The position numbers and the translations under genes are program-made. The notes under the pieces are model-generated. The model saw nothing but the letters and a program-made list of their open reading frames with translations. It searched no databases and had not been told where the DNA came from. Positions 40,501 to 53,770 of a stretch of 64,000 nt of DNA are shown piece after piece. This DNA comes from Tubiluchus corallicola (Eukaryota; Animalia; Priapulida): the NCBI GenBank assembly GCA_030141605.1, contig JAQGDQ010000006.1:930001-994000 (forward strand). Direction: 5' to 3'. Position 1 is the first letter of the stretch; every line of letters begins with the position of its first letter.

Positions 40501-43500
40501 GTGGAAACGAACCTTCAGACTCCACAGGCAGTTCGACAGCAGATTGAGTTGATGTGATAGCTGGTAATTTAGAGGAGTAGGAGCTTAGCGAAAAATTTCA
40601 GTAAGTTCAGTAAATACTTCCAGAATTTAGAAATTCACTATTTCATCAAAAGATCCTTTGTTCCTAATGGCTTCTCCTAAAGGCCCGTTTCACAATGAGG
40701 ACGCGCGGCAAAATTCCTGGAGGGAAACTCCTTATGACATATTGCTTTCTATGGCGCATTTCACACACACACGCTTCATGAGTCATGAGAATCGGAGTTC
40801 TCGTCACGAGGAAATTTGCCGCTTGTTAGAAATATTGAATATTCCATTTTCTTGAAGATTCTTCGCGGAATTCACATTAGAATTGAATTGCTCAATTACT
40901 TCTTTCTTGTTTAACGAACAACATTCAACATTATCGAGAATAAAATTGCAAGTTTTTAGTCCCTCCTTTATCATACAGACGATTTTTTGATTTATTAATG
41001 CAACAGCAAAATGTCTATTGGTGAAAAAGAAAAATAACGCATTGCTATATTCATTTTATAATTGTTTATTCCCAAATAAGGAAGTGGTCAAAAAACAAAC
41101 AGGTCTGACATTACATTAGCTAACATTATTAAATGTACTTTTATAACATTTGCGGCCTGTAACTTGATTTAAATGTGATTATATAAAATATCAAATTATG
41201 AAGCTGGCTTTTTCTTGCCAAGGTAGTGCTGTTTCCGGAATAAAAACAAGTTTATGAAGTCGTTTCGGATGGCAATCACTCTACAAGTGGGCCTTTGGCA
41301 AATTAAACCCGTCGTTCATCAAATAACGAATCCTAAACTAAGCAAAATACATATTTTCAATCTCCACGAAAACGTGCGCCTGTGAATTTTTAAACTGAGT
41401 TTAAACCCTACTTATTTTACAAATATTAGCCTACTTAAAATGGAACAATATAGATAATTCATTTTTACTTTTGCCTTACAGTAACGTTAATAGGTGTGCT
41501 TGGTTATACTTATACAGTTATACATCTTTATAGTATACGTATTCTAGGTTAGCCATAAGGTATAATATCAGACCAAAAGACGTTTTCATTATTTTTTTAC
41601 TTATCAATTAATCACATGATGTAGCCAAGACTGTTACAATTGTGTTACAATCTTTATGAAAACCGAACGGTAAATATCGAAAGAATATTAAGCCTTTAAA
41701 ATTATTAATCATTACTTATTAATGTTTTTCACGCTTTACTTACAAATATAGCATTAAATTTTTATGTCGGGTTAAATAAAAAGCAGAAACAATCGTTTAT
41801 AATTTTCATTGAAATTATGAAGCGTGACTCGGAGAGAAGTCTTATAAGAAGTTAAAAGCTCGTTACCTCAGTGTTATCAACAGCTTAGTTAAAGGGTCAA
41901 CGCAGTTTCTAAAGTTTAAAGCTTTATTTGTAATCGAGTCCTGCAGCAAAGCTAATAACCAGCGTAACTGTAGAAATTCTCTTTGTAACTAGCAAAGGGA
42001 GCTAGCCGGTTTCTCCATGAAATGAACTTTCTTGTTTCAAGAGTTCTGATTTTCTGAAGCGAATTGCAGTAGATCACAGCACTAATCATCATACCGAGGT
42101 AGCAAAACCTACCCAAACGTTCACTCATCACTTCTAGTTTTATTTAACCCATATTGAAGTTTGACCGAAATATCATAATGTATTATTTGGAGAAGTGGAG
42201 CGGACTCAAATCTTTTTTATTCAAATTCGGGATAAAAATGGGAACTTTTTATCCACTCTCTCAATGTGCACAATGTGCAAGACTTGACAGTTCACAAATT
42301 GGTGGTGCTTTATTTATAAAGAAATTGATTTAGTTCAAGGTCAAACTGAAAGTGTCAATTAAACTCCAAAGGTAATGTTTTGGGACTCATGATCGATCTA
42401 GACTTATCTTAATTAAAATCACCTTTTACGAATTTTCCTTACAGTTGCTCATTTTCAAATAATAACAAAAACAGATAATTGGTAAGTCATTATGTTGATG
42501 GCATGCAATGGCATACAATGATATTATGACACTCAAAAGACGCTGATTTTGTGTTTTGTTGCAATGAGATTCGCGTTCCTACGTGGGTGATAAAATAAAT
42601 GGAAGGCGCAGAAACAGGAAGATTTTCACACACAAACGTCCATTTTTCACCAAGAATTCGAATAAATTTCAATAAAATGAATTGGGAAGTCAACATGAAG
42701 ACACTTTCTCAAAAGTGACGCTGCAATTCGCTTCAGTTTTCGCAGAACGCTCGAGTAAGGCTAGATGTGATTTATCATGACTGGCTTTCAACTAAATGGT
42801 TGGAATAATTCTTCCGAGATTCCATTTTGTTTATTTGATGAGTGGTGCTTTAATATAAAATTGATTGGCTTTTGCGCTATAACTATTAAAATAAAAACAC
42901 CGAATAATTATAATTAGGCCTATTAAGAATAATTAGGGAGTAATAATAATAATCCACTTTATTTATCAGCTCGATGAGACATAACCTTTTAGGACATATC
43001 TTCTTTTCGTATATTCTTGCACTGTAAGGAAAATACGCATGGTATAGGTCATAATCGTTTTTTTGCCTTGATTCATTGATGGTACAAGGAAGCCTAACTG
43101 TTTGTCATAAACGAAGAGGCATTTCAAAAAGCAGGTTCCGATAATAGGTTGCAGAACGTGGGCCACGCCCACTCGTTTTATTTGTTAGTTTGTGTTACGT
43201 AATAATGAATACTCCGATACACGTACGACTGGTAAATAGTATCTTTTCTTGGAACCTTCAAACGATATAGATTTTCAGAAGTGCAACGTAATATTCGCGC
43301 GTAATTTGCTACGATATTACCAAACTTTGAAGACGGGCAGGAAATTGGCAAAAACTGCCCGGGTGAAACGTTTTCAGTATGTCTGCAAATGTCGCGAACG
43401 AGAATATCTTACATGACTATCGCTTGCTTGCTGAGTTAAATTATCATTTGGCAAGAAAATTGTTATTCCGAATGACAACATTTTCAAGCACGTCTGCCGA

Positions 43501-45766
43501 CCGACATGTGCATCGGTTTTGTCGCCTCGATTTTTGGTCGTGCAGTGTATAGGCACAACAAAATGTATCCAACGGATGATAGGATCCAGAAAAGTCGAAT
43601 CTCGAAGGTGTATTATGAAGTATTCATCTTAGCCTTTCAAATATGGCCTATAATCTATCAAAAAAGCTTTGGAGCAAGCCAGTTTAACTCAAGTTAACAC
43701 AAGCTCAACCTCATAAAAACAAAAACATCAAAGGCCCCAGGGGGCAAAATACCAAGCAAGTGGCATTTTACGTATATCCAAGGGCCTAACAATTTGTGTT
43801 ATGTCATTGCGAGGCCATTAATTTTTGTTTGTTTAAAAACTAGGATGGCGGTAGAGTGTTGTAATGTAGTTTTGCATTATAAGACCTTCACTACTATACT
43901 ACGATCAGCCATTCCTCTTTCGCCCTAGAAAACCTTAATAAATCGAGACAATCAGTTGTTTCAATAATTCCTCTGGAAAATTATTCTATGAATCTATCAA
44001 TAGAAATGATAAGTTTTCGGTTCTGTTATTACATGCACATAGTACCTGTCTGCTTGTTTTATGTTTGGAGATGGTGGTTGTGAAAACCTGTACATATTGA
44101 TGAAGTTTGCTGCTATAAATGCAATTTGTTTCCTGCTCCATTTTCTATAGCGACATAATAATTATATATCACTATGTTAGGGCAGACCTATTATATGAAG
44201 TGTTCGTGAATGCATTATTTATTGCATCAAGTAAGGCGTAATTATGTATGACTCAAGCGTGAAGTCATAGTCATAAGCTTCCGTCATGACACTAGCTCGC
44301 GTGCATGAACTAGTTCAGCTAGTGCACACGCTGGCTGATGGCTTCGTAATTAGGAAATATTTGCACGTCATTATGCCTTAATTAAAAAGAAAAACGTTAA
44401 ATGCGTCTACGTCAGCGCCGATTTAAACGGTGACGTGACGTAAATGCCAGTTTGCAAAATAATGAAATAACATATGAAAATAGCCATTCATCGTAAATTC
44501 AGAAAGTCATGCAATGATTTCTTTGCATCAATGGCTTCAACCTTAGCTACTGGTTTCTTACAGTTTTCTTAGTTGCCTAAGAAATAAGAGATTCACTTGA
44601 AAGGAGTTAGAGTTTGTATGTTGTTGTCTCATTGTCGTCATCATCGTGGTTGGAATAGTGGCCTCTCTGGTGTGATTACCGCACCCAGTTTTCCAGTGTA
44701 TAAACCAAACTAACAAAAAATCTAAAGCCAAAAGGCCTTGTGCCCAGTCAAGGAACTTTAAATCCAAAAGTGTTTTTGAAGCATTTGACGTCCCGAAAGA
44801 AGAAGGTGCCAATACCAGTGTTTCGAAGTATCTAAGATAACTTCACGAAGAGCAATTTAAAATCAGAAGCTGTTTGTCTTTTTAATATCGCAAGTCCGCA
44901 ATCTCCAAAAATTGAAATTAAAAATGCTCTAAAACATTTTGACAACCTGAAAATATTATTGGTAGTTAAACATATTGAACATTGTTTCATTCCTGGTCTC
45001 TTCTCTTTAATGATGATTATTGAAGCCACAGATTTGAATGTGCTAGAAAAATCACTTTGCAGGCACTTTGTACCAAAGGGCAAAAAATAGAACATATAAT
45101 TGTATATAACGCGATTTCAGAAAAAAAAGATGTTTTGGCCAGCAGTTTAAATCGAAAACGTGAAAATGTCACTGCACAGCTTGTACCTGACAGTATAATA
45201 TAATTTCCACGATAATTAGCTGCTGCCCTGTTACAATTTAATAGATTCGTTTTTTATCTTTATAAACGTTTAAATTTATTTAATGTCATCAGACTCAATA
45301 ATGAAGTCAATAGGCGTAAATCGCTTCCAAAGATTCGTTCCTTTTGAAATTGTAGAACACAAAATTCATTGAACCGTTTGAAGAAAAAAAAATGTATGAA
45401 GAAGATACAAAAACTACGTATTTAGGCGAAATTTCTAAATCGAGTATGTTTCACTGGCACACGTGAAGAGAAAACAGTCAATAAAATGGCAATCCAATTT
45501 AGTTATGATTCGATTTATCATTTTCTGGACTTACTTAGTGGAATCTCATCCAGATTATCATCTTGCTCGTCTTCAAGATCAGGTTTAGAGCTTTTAACTT
45601 GACCGTCTCCTTCCACTTCTACACTATTGCCACCACTATCTGTTTTACAAATCTTGATTTTTATCTGGGATAATCTCTCTTGCAGCTTGAGCACGTCGTC
45701 GTCTTGTTTTCTCAATGAGTTGTCACCATTTTCACTGGTAGTTGCAACTGTCTCTACACTTTCCAT
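34540..45766 (-). CDS. Uncharacterised charged, probably intrinsically disordered protein (about 285 aa, 5 coding exons)
   Basis: Exons 45766-45535, 40424-40275, 36318-36188, 35824-35614 and 34673-34540 join in frame (858 nt including TAA), each internal exon having a pyrimidine-rich AG acceptor. Donors: GTAAGT, GTGCGA, GTGGGT, GCAAGT. A UTR acceptor lies near 45850. I recognise no domain. Confidence 0.72.
37085..37230 (-). promoter_or_regulatory. Putative internal TATA promoter and alternative first exon of the minus-strand gene
   Basis: Minus strand reads ...TGCGCGTCA TTTG CTATAAAAG..., then a ~75-nt segment ending TTTTGGTAG|GTACGG at about 37091, upstream of the 36318 acceptor. Confidence 0.45.
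39436..40146. mobile_element. PIF/Harbinger-like MITE
   Basis: Ends TAA|GACCCGTGTCACACA..CCGTAAGG and CCTTACGG..TGTCTGACACGGGCC|TCA. Confidence 0.7.
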
Positions 45767-48015
45767 ATTTCTTCGATTCTTTCCTTAAGTCATAGTATAC
45801 AACACAAAAATGTTGCTATACGGGTAGGTTGTCGCTTTGAAATTGCTTCCTAAAAGTAAAAGATCAACATTCAGAAAATTTCAAAAATCAAAACGAAAAA
45901 GTTACATTTTCACGAAGCCTGAAATGTAGATTATTCACGTAATTTTGAATTTCGCATCTAAGTCGAAAGTCCTTTATAAAAAACAGACACATTGACCACT
46001 AAACTATTCTACACTGTTCATAAAAATGTGAAAACTCAGCGAAATAAATAATTACAATTATCATAATAGGCACGTGTATTAATATATGTAAGTTTATTAT
46101 TTCACAATTTTATTGCTTAAATTATGAACGGGCAACTTTAAAATCCCTCAACTGTATTAGAATAATCAAACAGCACTTATAGAATGTACTCGGGAGAAAA
46201 ATCTGCGTTATAATTGTTGATTGCGCCTGGTACTTTCTGCATCGCAAGACTGCCGTGCACAGCTGTGCGTATATTGGGGACTGAATAATAGGGTATTTTG
46301 TGAAAGACATTAATGATCAAAAAGCGCCATCGATTGTTTTATCTTAAATACTCCCTGATCTAGCAATTTTTGTCGCCGATATTGAATTTTGCATTGCGCA
46401 GTTTTTGTAATGATAACATGATCGTTTGAAGGACGCAGTGGAAATATTGTTACTTGGATGTAATTCGATGTCTAAGAAAAAGAATGAGAAACTGTACAGA
46501 GAAGTTGAGTAGAGTTTTAAGAAACCGCTGTCTGCCTGCCTTAAAAAAATAATAGTACAAGTGTAATAAAGTCGCTTATATACTGACATATATGCTGATT
46601 CTAAAATCACAGTGATGCACTTTTGTAATTCGTCCTCCCAAGTTGCACGGCATTTAGTGTAAGGGTATCGTAAAAATAAATTCGTCATTTGAATGTTGCT
46701 AGGAATTTTAAGGAATTCAGAAATCCGTATATTAAGATCACTCGACTTTATTTTTGAAATCGTTACGAGTGTTCTTTGGGTTTTCCTGGAATTTATCTCG
46801 AACTCAAACCAACTTTATTCATTTCAAATTACTCAAAGTTGCAAGAAGTTATAAAGCAAAATATCAAATTGACTAGCCTATATGTGAACCAATTTGACGT
46901 GCACAGACATTATGCTCTGTAGTATAAATAAAATTGCTTCAATAGCTTCAAATGAAGAAGTAAAAGCTAAGGCCACCTGCGGCCACCAGTTCATTGCAAC
47001 ACCGCTGTTATCAAATTTCTGTTAATAATTCCATTACCGCCTCATTGCAGTTCTTCAATTAGAAACACTCTAGCTATAGCGTTATCGCTAAATACTGAAT
47101 TATTCTAAAGTGTAAGGAAATTGTATCGAAAAACAAACTATATTTTACAAATTGGCAAATTACTAGCTTAGATAACATAGCCAGTGCAACATGCAAGCGG
47201 TCGTCATTTATATGCCGAAATTATAATAATGATCTCCTGCGGCTGTGATTCACGTATACACAGTAATAATAACAGTCTTGCATGATCAAATTATGCGCTA
47301 CTGTATCAATGAATAATTACTTTTGCTAGGGCAAATAGTCTAGCGCAAACAACAGAAAAAGGGGCAGCGATGCGGTAAAAAAATCAAATTGAATTACTAC
47401 TACAGGCAATTTATCATCCATATATTAAACCTTGCACTATTTTCAGTCAAGGTTTCAGATTGCACCTAGTTGCATCAATAATACAAGATTCTCTAGGATT
47501 CATTAATCTCTGTAACGTATAGCGCTTACTCCCTGACAGTTGTGTGGTCTTTAATTGCAGTATAAATGTCAGCCGTAACAACCCAGCATTACTGGTAATT
47601 GCAACACTGAAGCAGTAAGCAGAGCATAAAACATTTATACTAACAGTTACTACCTAGTATAAAACGGTTATAAGTTGTACGAATCTGTGTTGAGACGACA
47701 TTATTAGAACAGGCACGTGTAAATCACTTCCAGGGTTTGAGTGAAGTTATTGGTAGTAACAGCAGATGACTGATTTTATTTCTACAGTGTAAGCACAGAA
47801 ATTAAAATTATGAATTGCAAGTAAGCTGTTGTGATTTCATGGTCTTAAATCACATGTCCTAAATATTAAGTACAAATAGATTTGGTCAAAGTTCAAAAAC
47901 TTAAGCATATAAATATTTTATTGGCATAATTTTTAAATAATTCAGCATTTTTGCGCTAGCAATAGCAGGCAGTGGTAAAGCAGCAGCTATCAATGCAGTC
48001 CATGCGATTCTCGAC

Positions 48016-48063
48016 ATCATCATCATCATCATCATCATCATTATCATCATCATCATCATCATC
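48016..48063. repeat. (ATC)n microsatellite
   Basis: 16 triplets with one ATT interruption. Confidence 0.95.
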
Positions 48064-49364
48064 AATGGACATTGGCTTCTTAAGAGTGAAGACATGGCAC
48101 TTCTCACCTGTTAAAGTCACTTAGTCCTGTCTAGGGCGTATACCGTCTTTCAAATCTAGAGTTGCACAATAAATCTATATGTTTGTTAGTATATGTGACG
48201 ACCGAAGCCGTCCATAGTGATGCGCTACTAATGATTGATTGACGTATTTTTATTAATGTATTTTTGATGACAATCCAAAAATGTTTCGTTATTATTGTTA
48301 TGACATTGATTGCCATGATTGTTAATATGTTTTATTAGACTTGTGAATTTTGTTGCCAGTTGATTTTTTTTGTAACATTAGATGGAAGCACTTTACAGGC
48401 TTGAGTGACCAGAGCCTGGGTCACATGACCAAATTTACCTACCTGGCCAGGTATTGGCCTAGTTTCGTTGTCTATCTGGTTTTGTAGCTCAAAGTAAAAA
48501 GAGCAAATTTTTGTTGATAGCATGTTGCCAGTTTTAAACATGTGTGTATGCCTCGAAAGTGAAAGCCACCTCATGGGCTATTTGGTTATTGGTTAGAGAG
48601 GCTTTGGAAAGAAACTTGTTTATTCACATAACCTCCGATTGTGTTTCTTGTTGGTAATACCAGTGGAAGCCATCCAGGATAGAACACGTCTGTTGTTTCC
48701 CGTACGGAATGCTTGTCATTAAACTCTTCTTCTTATGGAGACTGAGTTCCAGTTTGGTTGCTTAATGTCATTATCCGGTGCAGTACCGTCTAGAGCAGTC
48801 AATTGTGATTTGTTGGAGACATAGGATCTGATGGTTTTGGCAGACGTATCCTCGCAGCCATATTGTATACGTGGTTGGAAACTTGGTACGATTCGTGGTT
48901 GGAAACGTGGAAACGTGGTATTCGGGTGAATACGTGGTAGGAGCATTGCTGATGGTATCCATCTCTCTGGACAGTTATGCTGGGCCCAGCCATCGTAAAG
49001 ATGAGTAAAAAAATGTTAAATTTTAACTAGATTTATCCAGTTGACTATTATTGCGTTTCAAAGTGTTTGTTTACAGAAGAACTTTATACGCCGGCATTAG
49101 TTATTTTTTTTTGCGTAAATCGAAAATAATTAAATATCCTCTTTATTATTATTATTATTAAAAAAAAATCTTGTTGTTTGGGTAATTGTATTCCTAGAGA
49201 ATTAAGGTAAAAAAAAACCTAAAGCATTGTTCACACTGTCTTACACGGACTCATGTGCGAATTTTTACTACATTTTGGTCAATCAAGGTATAACTCGTGA
49301 CAGCGGGACTGCTTGGCAAAACATCCTAACAACAATTTAACGTTCTCTTAGACACGCTGTCACA

Positions 49365-49365
<1 letters not shown>

Positions 49366-49447
<82 letters not shown>

Positions 49448-49475
49448 TGTGTGTGTGTGTGTGTGTGTGTGTGTG
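49366..49475. repeat. Compound (TA)n / (TG)n microsatellite
   Basis: Seen directly. Confidence 0.97.
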
Positions 49476-52469
49476 GTGAGTTCATTGAGTTCATTCAGCC
49501 TGTAGACGTAGGTTCCATACAAAGATTAAATTGCCCGTCATTTATTCAGTGCAAACATGACAGTCCATTTGCAGGTTCAGAATGCACATTCAGTACTTTT
49601 GTGTAAAAGAGACTCAAATTGGCTTCTTGCACGTAATCATGGTCAAATTCCAAGACAGACCAACTAACTGATAGCTATCATGTGCACTTCATATATAATT
49701 TGGGTGACAGCATGTGTCACATTAGTAAGGCATTCTTCATGCAATGTCCTATAATGCCTGGTTGTGTTGTTGGAATTTAACTAAAAACGAAATAATTTAA
49801 TACTAATTTACTAATGTATTACGGAAACTGTTGCAGACATGTAAACTTAAACTCCAGAACTTCCATACACATTGTAATTATTTCTACAAATCATAAGCAT
49901 AAGTTCTACAAGGCATTGCAATATTTTTGTAACTTTGACAAAAGTCACCGGCCGTGTGTAACAACCAGTCAGACTGTCAGAACCAAAGCAATTCGGTAAT
50001 GTCCCTCGGGAAAGACAACGACCAGAGTTCTGATTAAGTATTAATTCATTTCGAATGTAAGTAAAACTGACACGGTAAAATGGTACAGGAAAAAATGACA
50101 AAGGAACTATGAGTCTTGGGTTAGGGTTACTGTGGGGGATAATTATTTTTGTTATTTTTGCCTCCGCTGAGGAAGTTATGCTTCAACACAGTTTATTTGG
50201 TTCGTTGTTTTTGTTTGCTATAGCAATAAGCTTATTACGCAAAAACTACCTAACAGATTTCCACGAAACTTTGAGGAGAAGGCGGGTATAGAAGGTTAAA
50301 ATGGGCCCGTTTTTCTTTCTCAAAACTTGGCTGAACACCACGTACAAAAAGCATTCGTGAAACACTTCGTGGATATCTCACAGGGAGTGTTTAGTACTTC
50401 TTTTTTTATTATCTGCGCCAGGGCAAACAACTGCAACTTAGTTTCAGGTCCCATTTCGAGAATTTCTCGCTTCGAAAACTGTTTAACGCTGTCTATAATC
50501 TTTGCTTAATAATGTGTCAGCCGTATAAGCTGACTTGGTATATAAATATGTATATATATATATATATATATATGTCAGTCTATTACCATCGCCAAACTAA
50601 TGATTAAAGAAAGGTAGATAAACACTATGTGGAATAATCGTGAATTATTGATTATAATTTTATTTAATGAACAAAGTACTTTGTGAGCGTTTTGTCAGTC
50701 TGTATAATACCAATACAGGTATGTTTTGCTTGTCCGCTTGTTTATTTTTGTTTTACGCACCACTTTAAAATGCTTTAATTTCATCGTATAGCCTTGTTAC
50801 AACTGAAGAATAAATTCACACATAATATAATAAAAATCAGCGCATAACGTGATAACTAACTGGTAGTGTAATAAGAAACCAACACATAATATAAGACCCC
50901 AACACACATAATGTACAGTAAATTCTTTTAACCAAAAGAATTGGGCGAATAAGTTTAGATGTTCAGCTTTGACAGAGATCTGCTTCCTATTGAGCGCATT
51001 CTCGCTTTTATTATAGAAATTAATTGCATCAAAATAGCATATGTGCCATTTTTTTCCTACATTTCCATTTGTGCCACTTTTTCCTTTGCCATTTTACAGT
51101 GCCATTTTTTCTGTATCATTTTTATTTGTGCCACTTTTATTGCACGTCATTCAGTTCGTATGACATGTTTTCATCTCTTGAACAGCTAAATAGCTGCTGC
51201 CATCTTTCTACACCAACACTAGTGCCTAAATGACGCTGTATTTCAGCCATGCTAATACTACAGCTATTATATTGTATGATTATATATCTCGGCTACTTTC
51301 GTTTAATTTTCTTCTGAATTAGACCATGTTTCTCATAGCAGCGCGTTAACTGCAATTAGTTTATATTCTTAATCTAGACGATTTGTTAACTTTGTTCATG
51401 GCTAGATCTTTTCATACAGTATTGTTTGTATTCTTCGCATTAGCTTTCCCATGAAATAAGTGGCGCTGAACTGGGAATACTTTGCCATTCAACACGAATT
51501 ATATTGAAAGGTTCGAAACTGCAAATAGCTGACTTTATAAACTCAGGGACAATTTAAAATTGCAAAATGCTTAGCGAAAATCCTCTTCCTCGAGAGATTT
51601 GGAAGCTTTTCTGCTTCACGCGAATCATTAGTTTGATAGAAATGATGAATCTCTTGGTGAACACAGTGTGTAATGTACACAGGGTGTTTACTAGAAAGCA
51701 AGGTGGCATAAAGTGTGACACATAAAGAAAAGGAAAGCGGCGACGACTTTCCATGAATTTACTAGACAGTTTGCTTAATGCCTAAAAATAGGGTGTCAAC
51801 TAAAATCTGCCCATAATGTAATGTTAGATATATCGACATCTAAAATATCGAACTGATACCGATAAATCGAAGCTTTCGGTAACACTTTTGCTTAGTTAGC
51901 GAAGCATGTGTTACGAATGCTCTAGTTATTTGTTTCAAGCTTCATGCAATGTTATATGAGCTTGTTTTAATGTCATCGTTAAAATCAACAAAATGGCTGC
52001 GCCTAGCGGTCATCGCGGAATCTGAAGATTTCTTGCATGTACGAGTAGTAAAAATTGGAAAAATGTTGATGTCACTCTAGCGTCTCTATCGCACTCTATC
52101 GAGTACAGTGCAAGTTGTAACAACTTTTACACTATTCAATTACACGTCGATTTTGCGCGTTTTAAAAATCTCTCACCAGTAACACCTTGTAAAGTAATCT
52201 AGGGCCCTAACTTAGCTTAGCAGCCAGGATAGAATTATGATCTTTTTGATACCTAGATTAATGAAATTATAGGGGCCTCCCTCGGACGAAGCTAGCTTCT
52301 CTCGCCCGCACCCGTCTTGAATATTTTTACTCGTGATGTATTTTAGTGACATTTACATAGGTTGAAATAAACTTATTAGAAATTCTTTAAATGTAGCACT
52401 GTACACTAAGGATTCACTATGTCACTATAATGGTCTTATATATACGTCGTTGTCGTATAGTTGAGTTTT

Positions 52470-52993
52470 ACGACTGGCAAGGTCATGCTTGTAGTTTTTT
52501 AGGACCAGCGCGCAGTAATAATGATGGACTTCCTGAAAAAGGGTACCACAATTAATGGGACCTACTGTGGTTCACTACTGAAGAAATTACGGGAGGCCAT
52601 CAGAAATGAGAGGCGTGGTATGCTGACAAAAGGAGATCGCCTTCTGCGAGACAGTGCCCCTGTCCACAATTCGCAAGTTGCCCTGACGGAAGCCCACACT
52701 TGTGGATATGAAATCCTTCCTCACCCCCTTATTCTCCTGACCTTGCGCCATCAGATTCCCATCTCTTTCTAACAATGAAGTCAGTTTCTCAGGTAATGAA
52801 ACACTGATCTTTGCTGTCAAGTCATGGCTTTTGACGCATCCTGAGTCTTCTACAAGCGAGGTCTCAGTAGCTGCACAAAACGATGGGAGAAGTGTGTCGC
52901 CCTATGTAAAGAAAGACTAATAACTGTAACAAGTTTCATTCATCTGAGTTTATTGGAAGTGGGTCAGGGCAAACATTTATTGAACACCCCTCG
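52470..52993 (+). mobile_element. Mariner transposase 3' remnant with right TIR
   Basis: GKVMLVVF*D..MDFLKKGTTING..LLRDSAPVH..ILPHP/YSPDLAPSD; ends TTTATTGAACACCCCTCG|TA. Confidence 0.9.
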
Positions 52994-53573
52994 TAATTAT
53001 CATCATTAAGCGTCATTTCCATTTCTGTCAATAGATAATTAACAGGTACGCGTAAAACAGTTTATAAAGCACAATGCATAACATTATTACACTGTTAAGT
53101 GTATTTTTACAACTGAATTCACAATGTATAAAATGCGTCATGCTCAAATTCTACTTCTGCAACACATGAGCCTACACGAAGAGTCCCTTTTTAAATACGT
53201 TCAGGACAACTGAAGCAAATAACTAGGAAGATCAAAGTTACCGGGTGAAACGTCCATCACTTAGAACATCCATATTATTCAGCCTGAAATTATTGTTTGA
53301 TTAAAAAACAATGCTGTAAACAAACAGTGCCCCTGTCGACATTCAGTTGCAATGATTGCATAATAGCTTCCACTTGATAGACAGAAAATTTCATTAAAAA
53401 TGTCTTGCGTGTATAGCTTCCGTTCGTAAAGCAATAATGGCTTCTTTGTGCTTCGCGAGATTTTTGAAAATATATGTTTTGCCGACATTGTGTTACACGG
53501 TTCTTTTAACTTATCTAAAGTACACATATTTAACCGATTAATTTACTGATTTAATTATTGCTAATAGAATGCA

Positions 53574-53770
53574 TTACTATAATTAACTATAACTATAACA
53601 ATAACTATAACTCTAACTATAACTACAACTACAACTACAACTACAGCTACAGCTACAGCTACAGCTACAGCTACAGCTACAGCTACAGCTACAGCTACAG
53701 CTACAGCTACAACTATAACTATAACTAACTATTACTGTAACTGTAACTATAACTATAGCTATAACTATAA
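53574..53770. repeat. Compound hexamer microsatellite (ACTATA)n-(ACTACA)n-(GCTACA)n-(ACTATA)n
   Basis: Seen directly. Confidence 0.95.

Noticed and set aside
40682-41295. Second Harbinger-like element starting GGCCCGTTTCACA
   Set aside because: No convincing matching right TIR was found, so boundaries cannot be supported.
44564-44676. Plus-strand frame FLSCLRNKRFT*KELEFVCCCLIVVIIVVGIVASLV* (tail-anchor or selenoprotein-like)
   Set aside because: It has an in-frame TGA with no recognisable SECIS, no upstream partner exon, and the hydrophobic run arises from low-complexity TCA/TCG/TTG sequence.
47901-48107. Poly-Met ORF in the track
   Set aside because: Alternative-frame reading of the (ATC)n microsatellite, with a GTG start.
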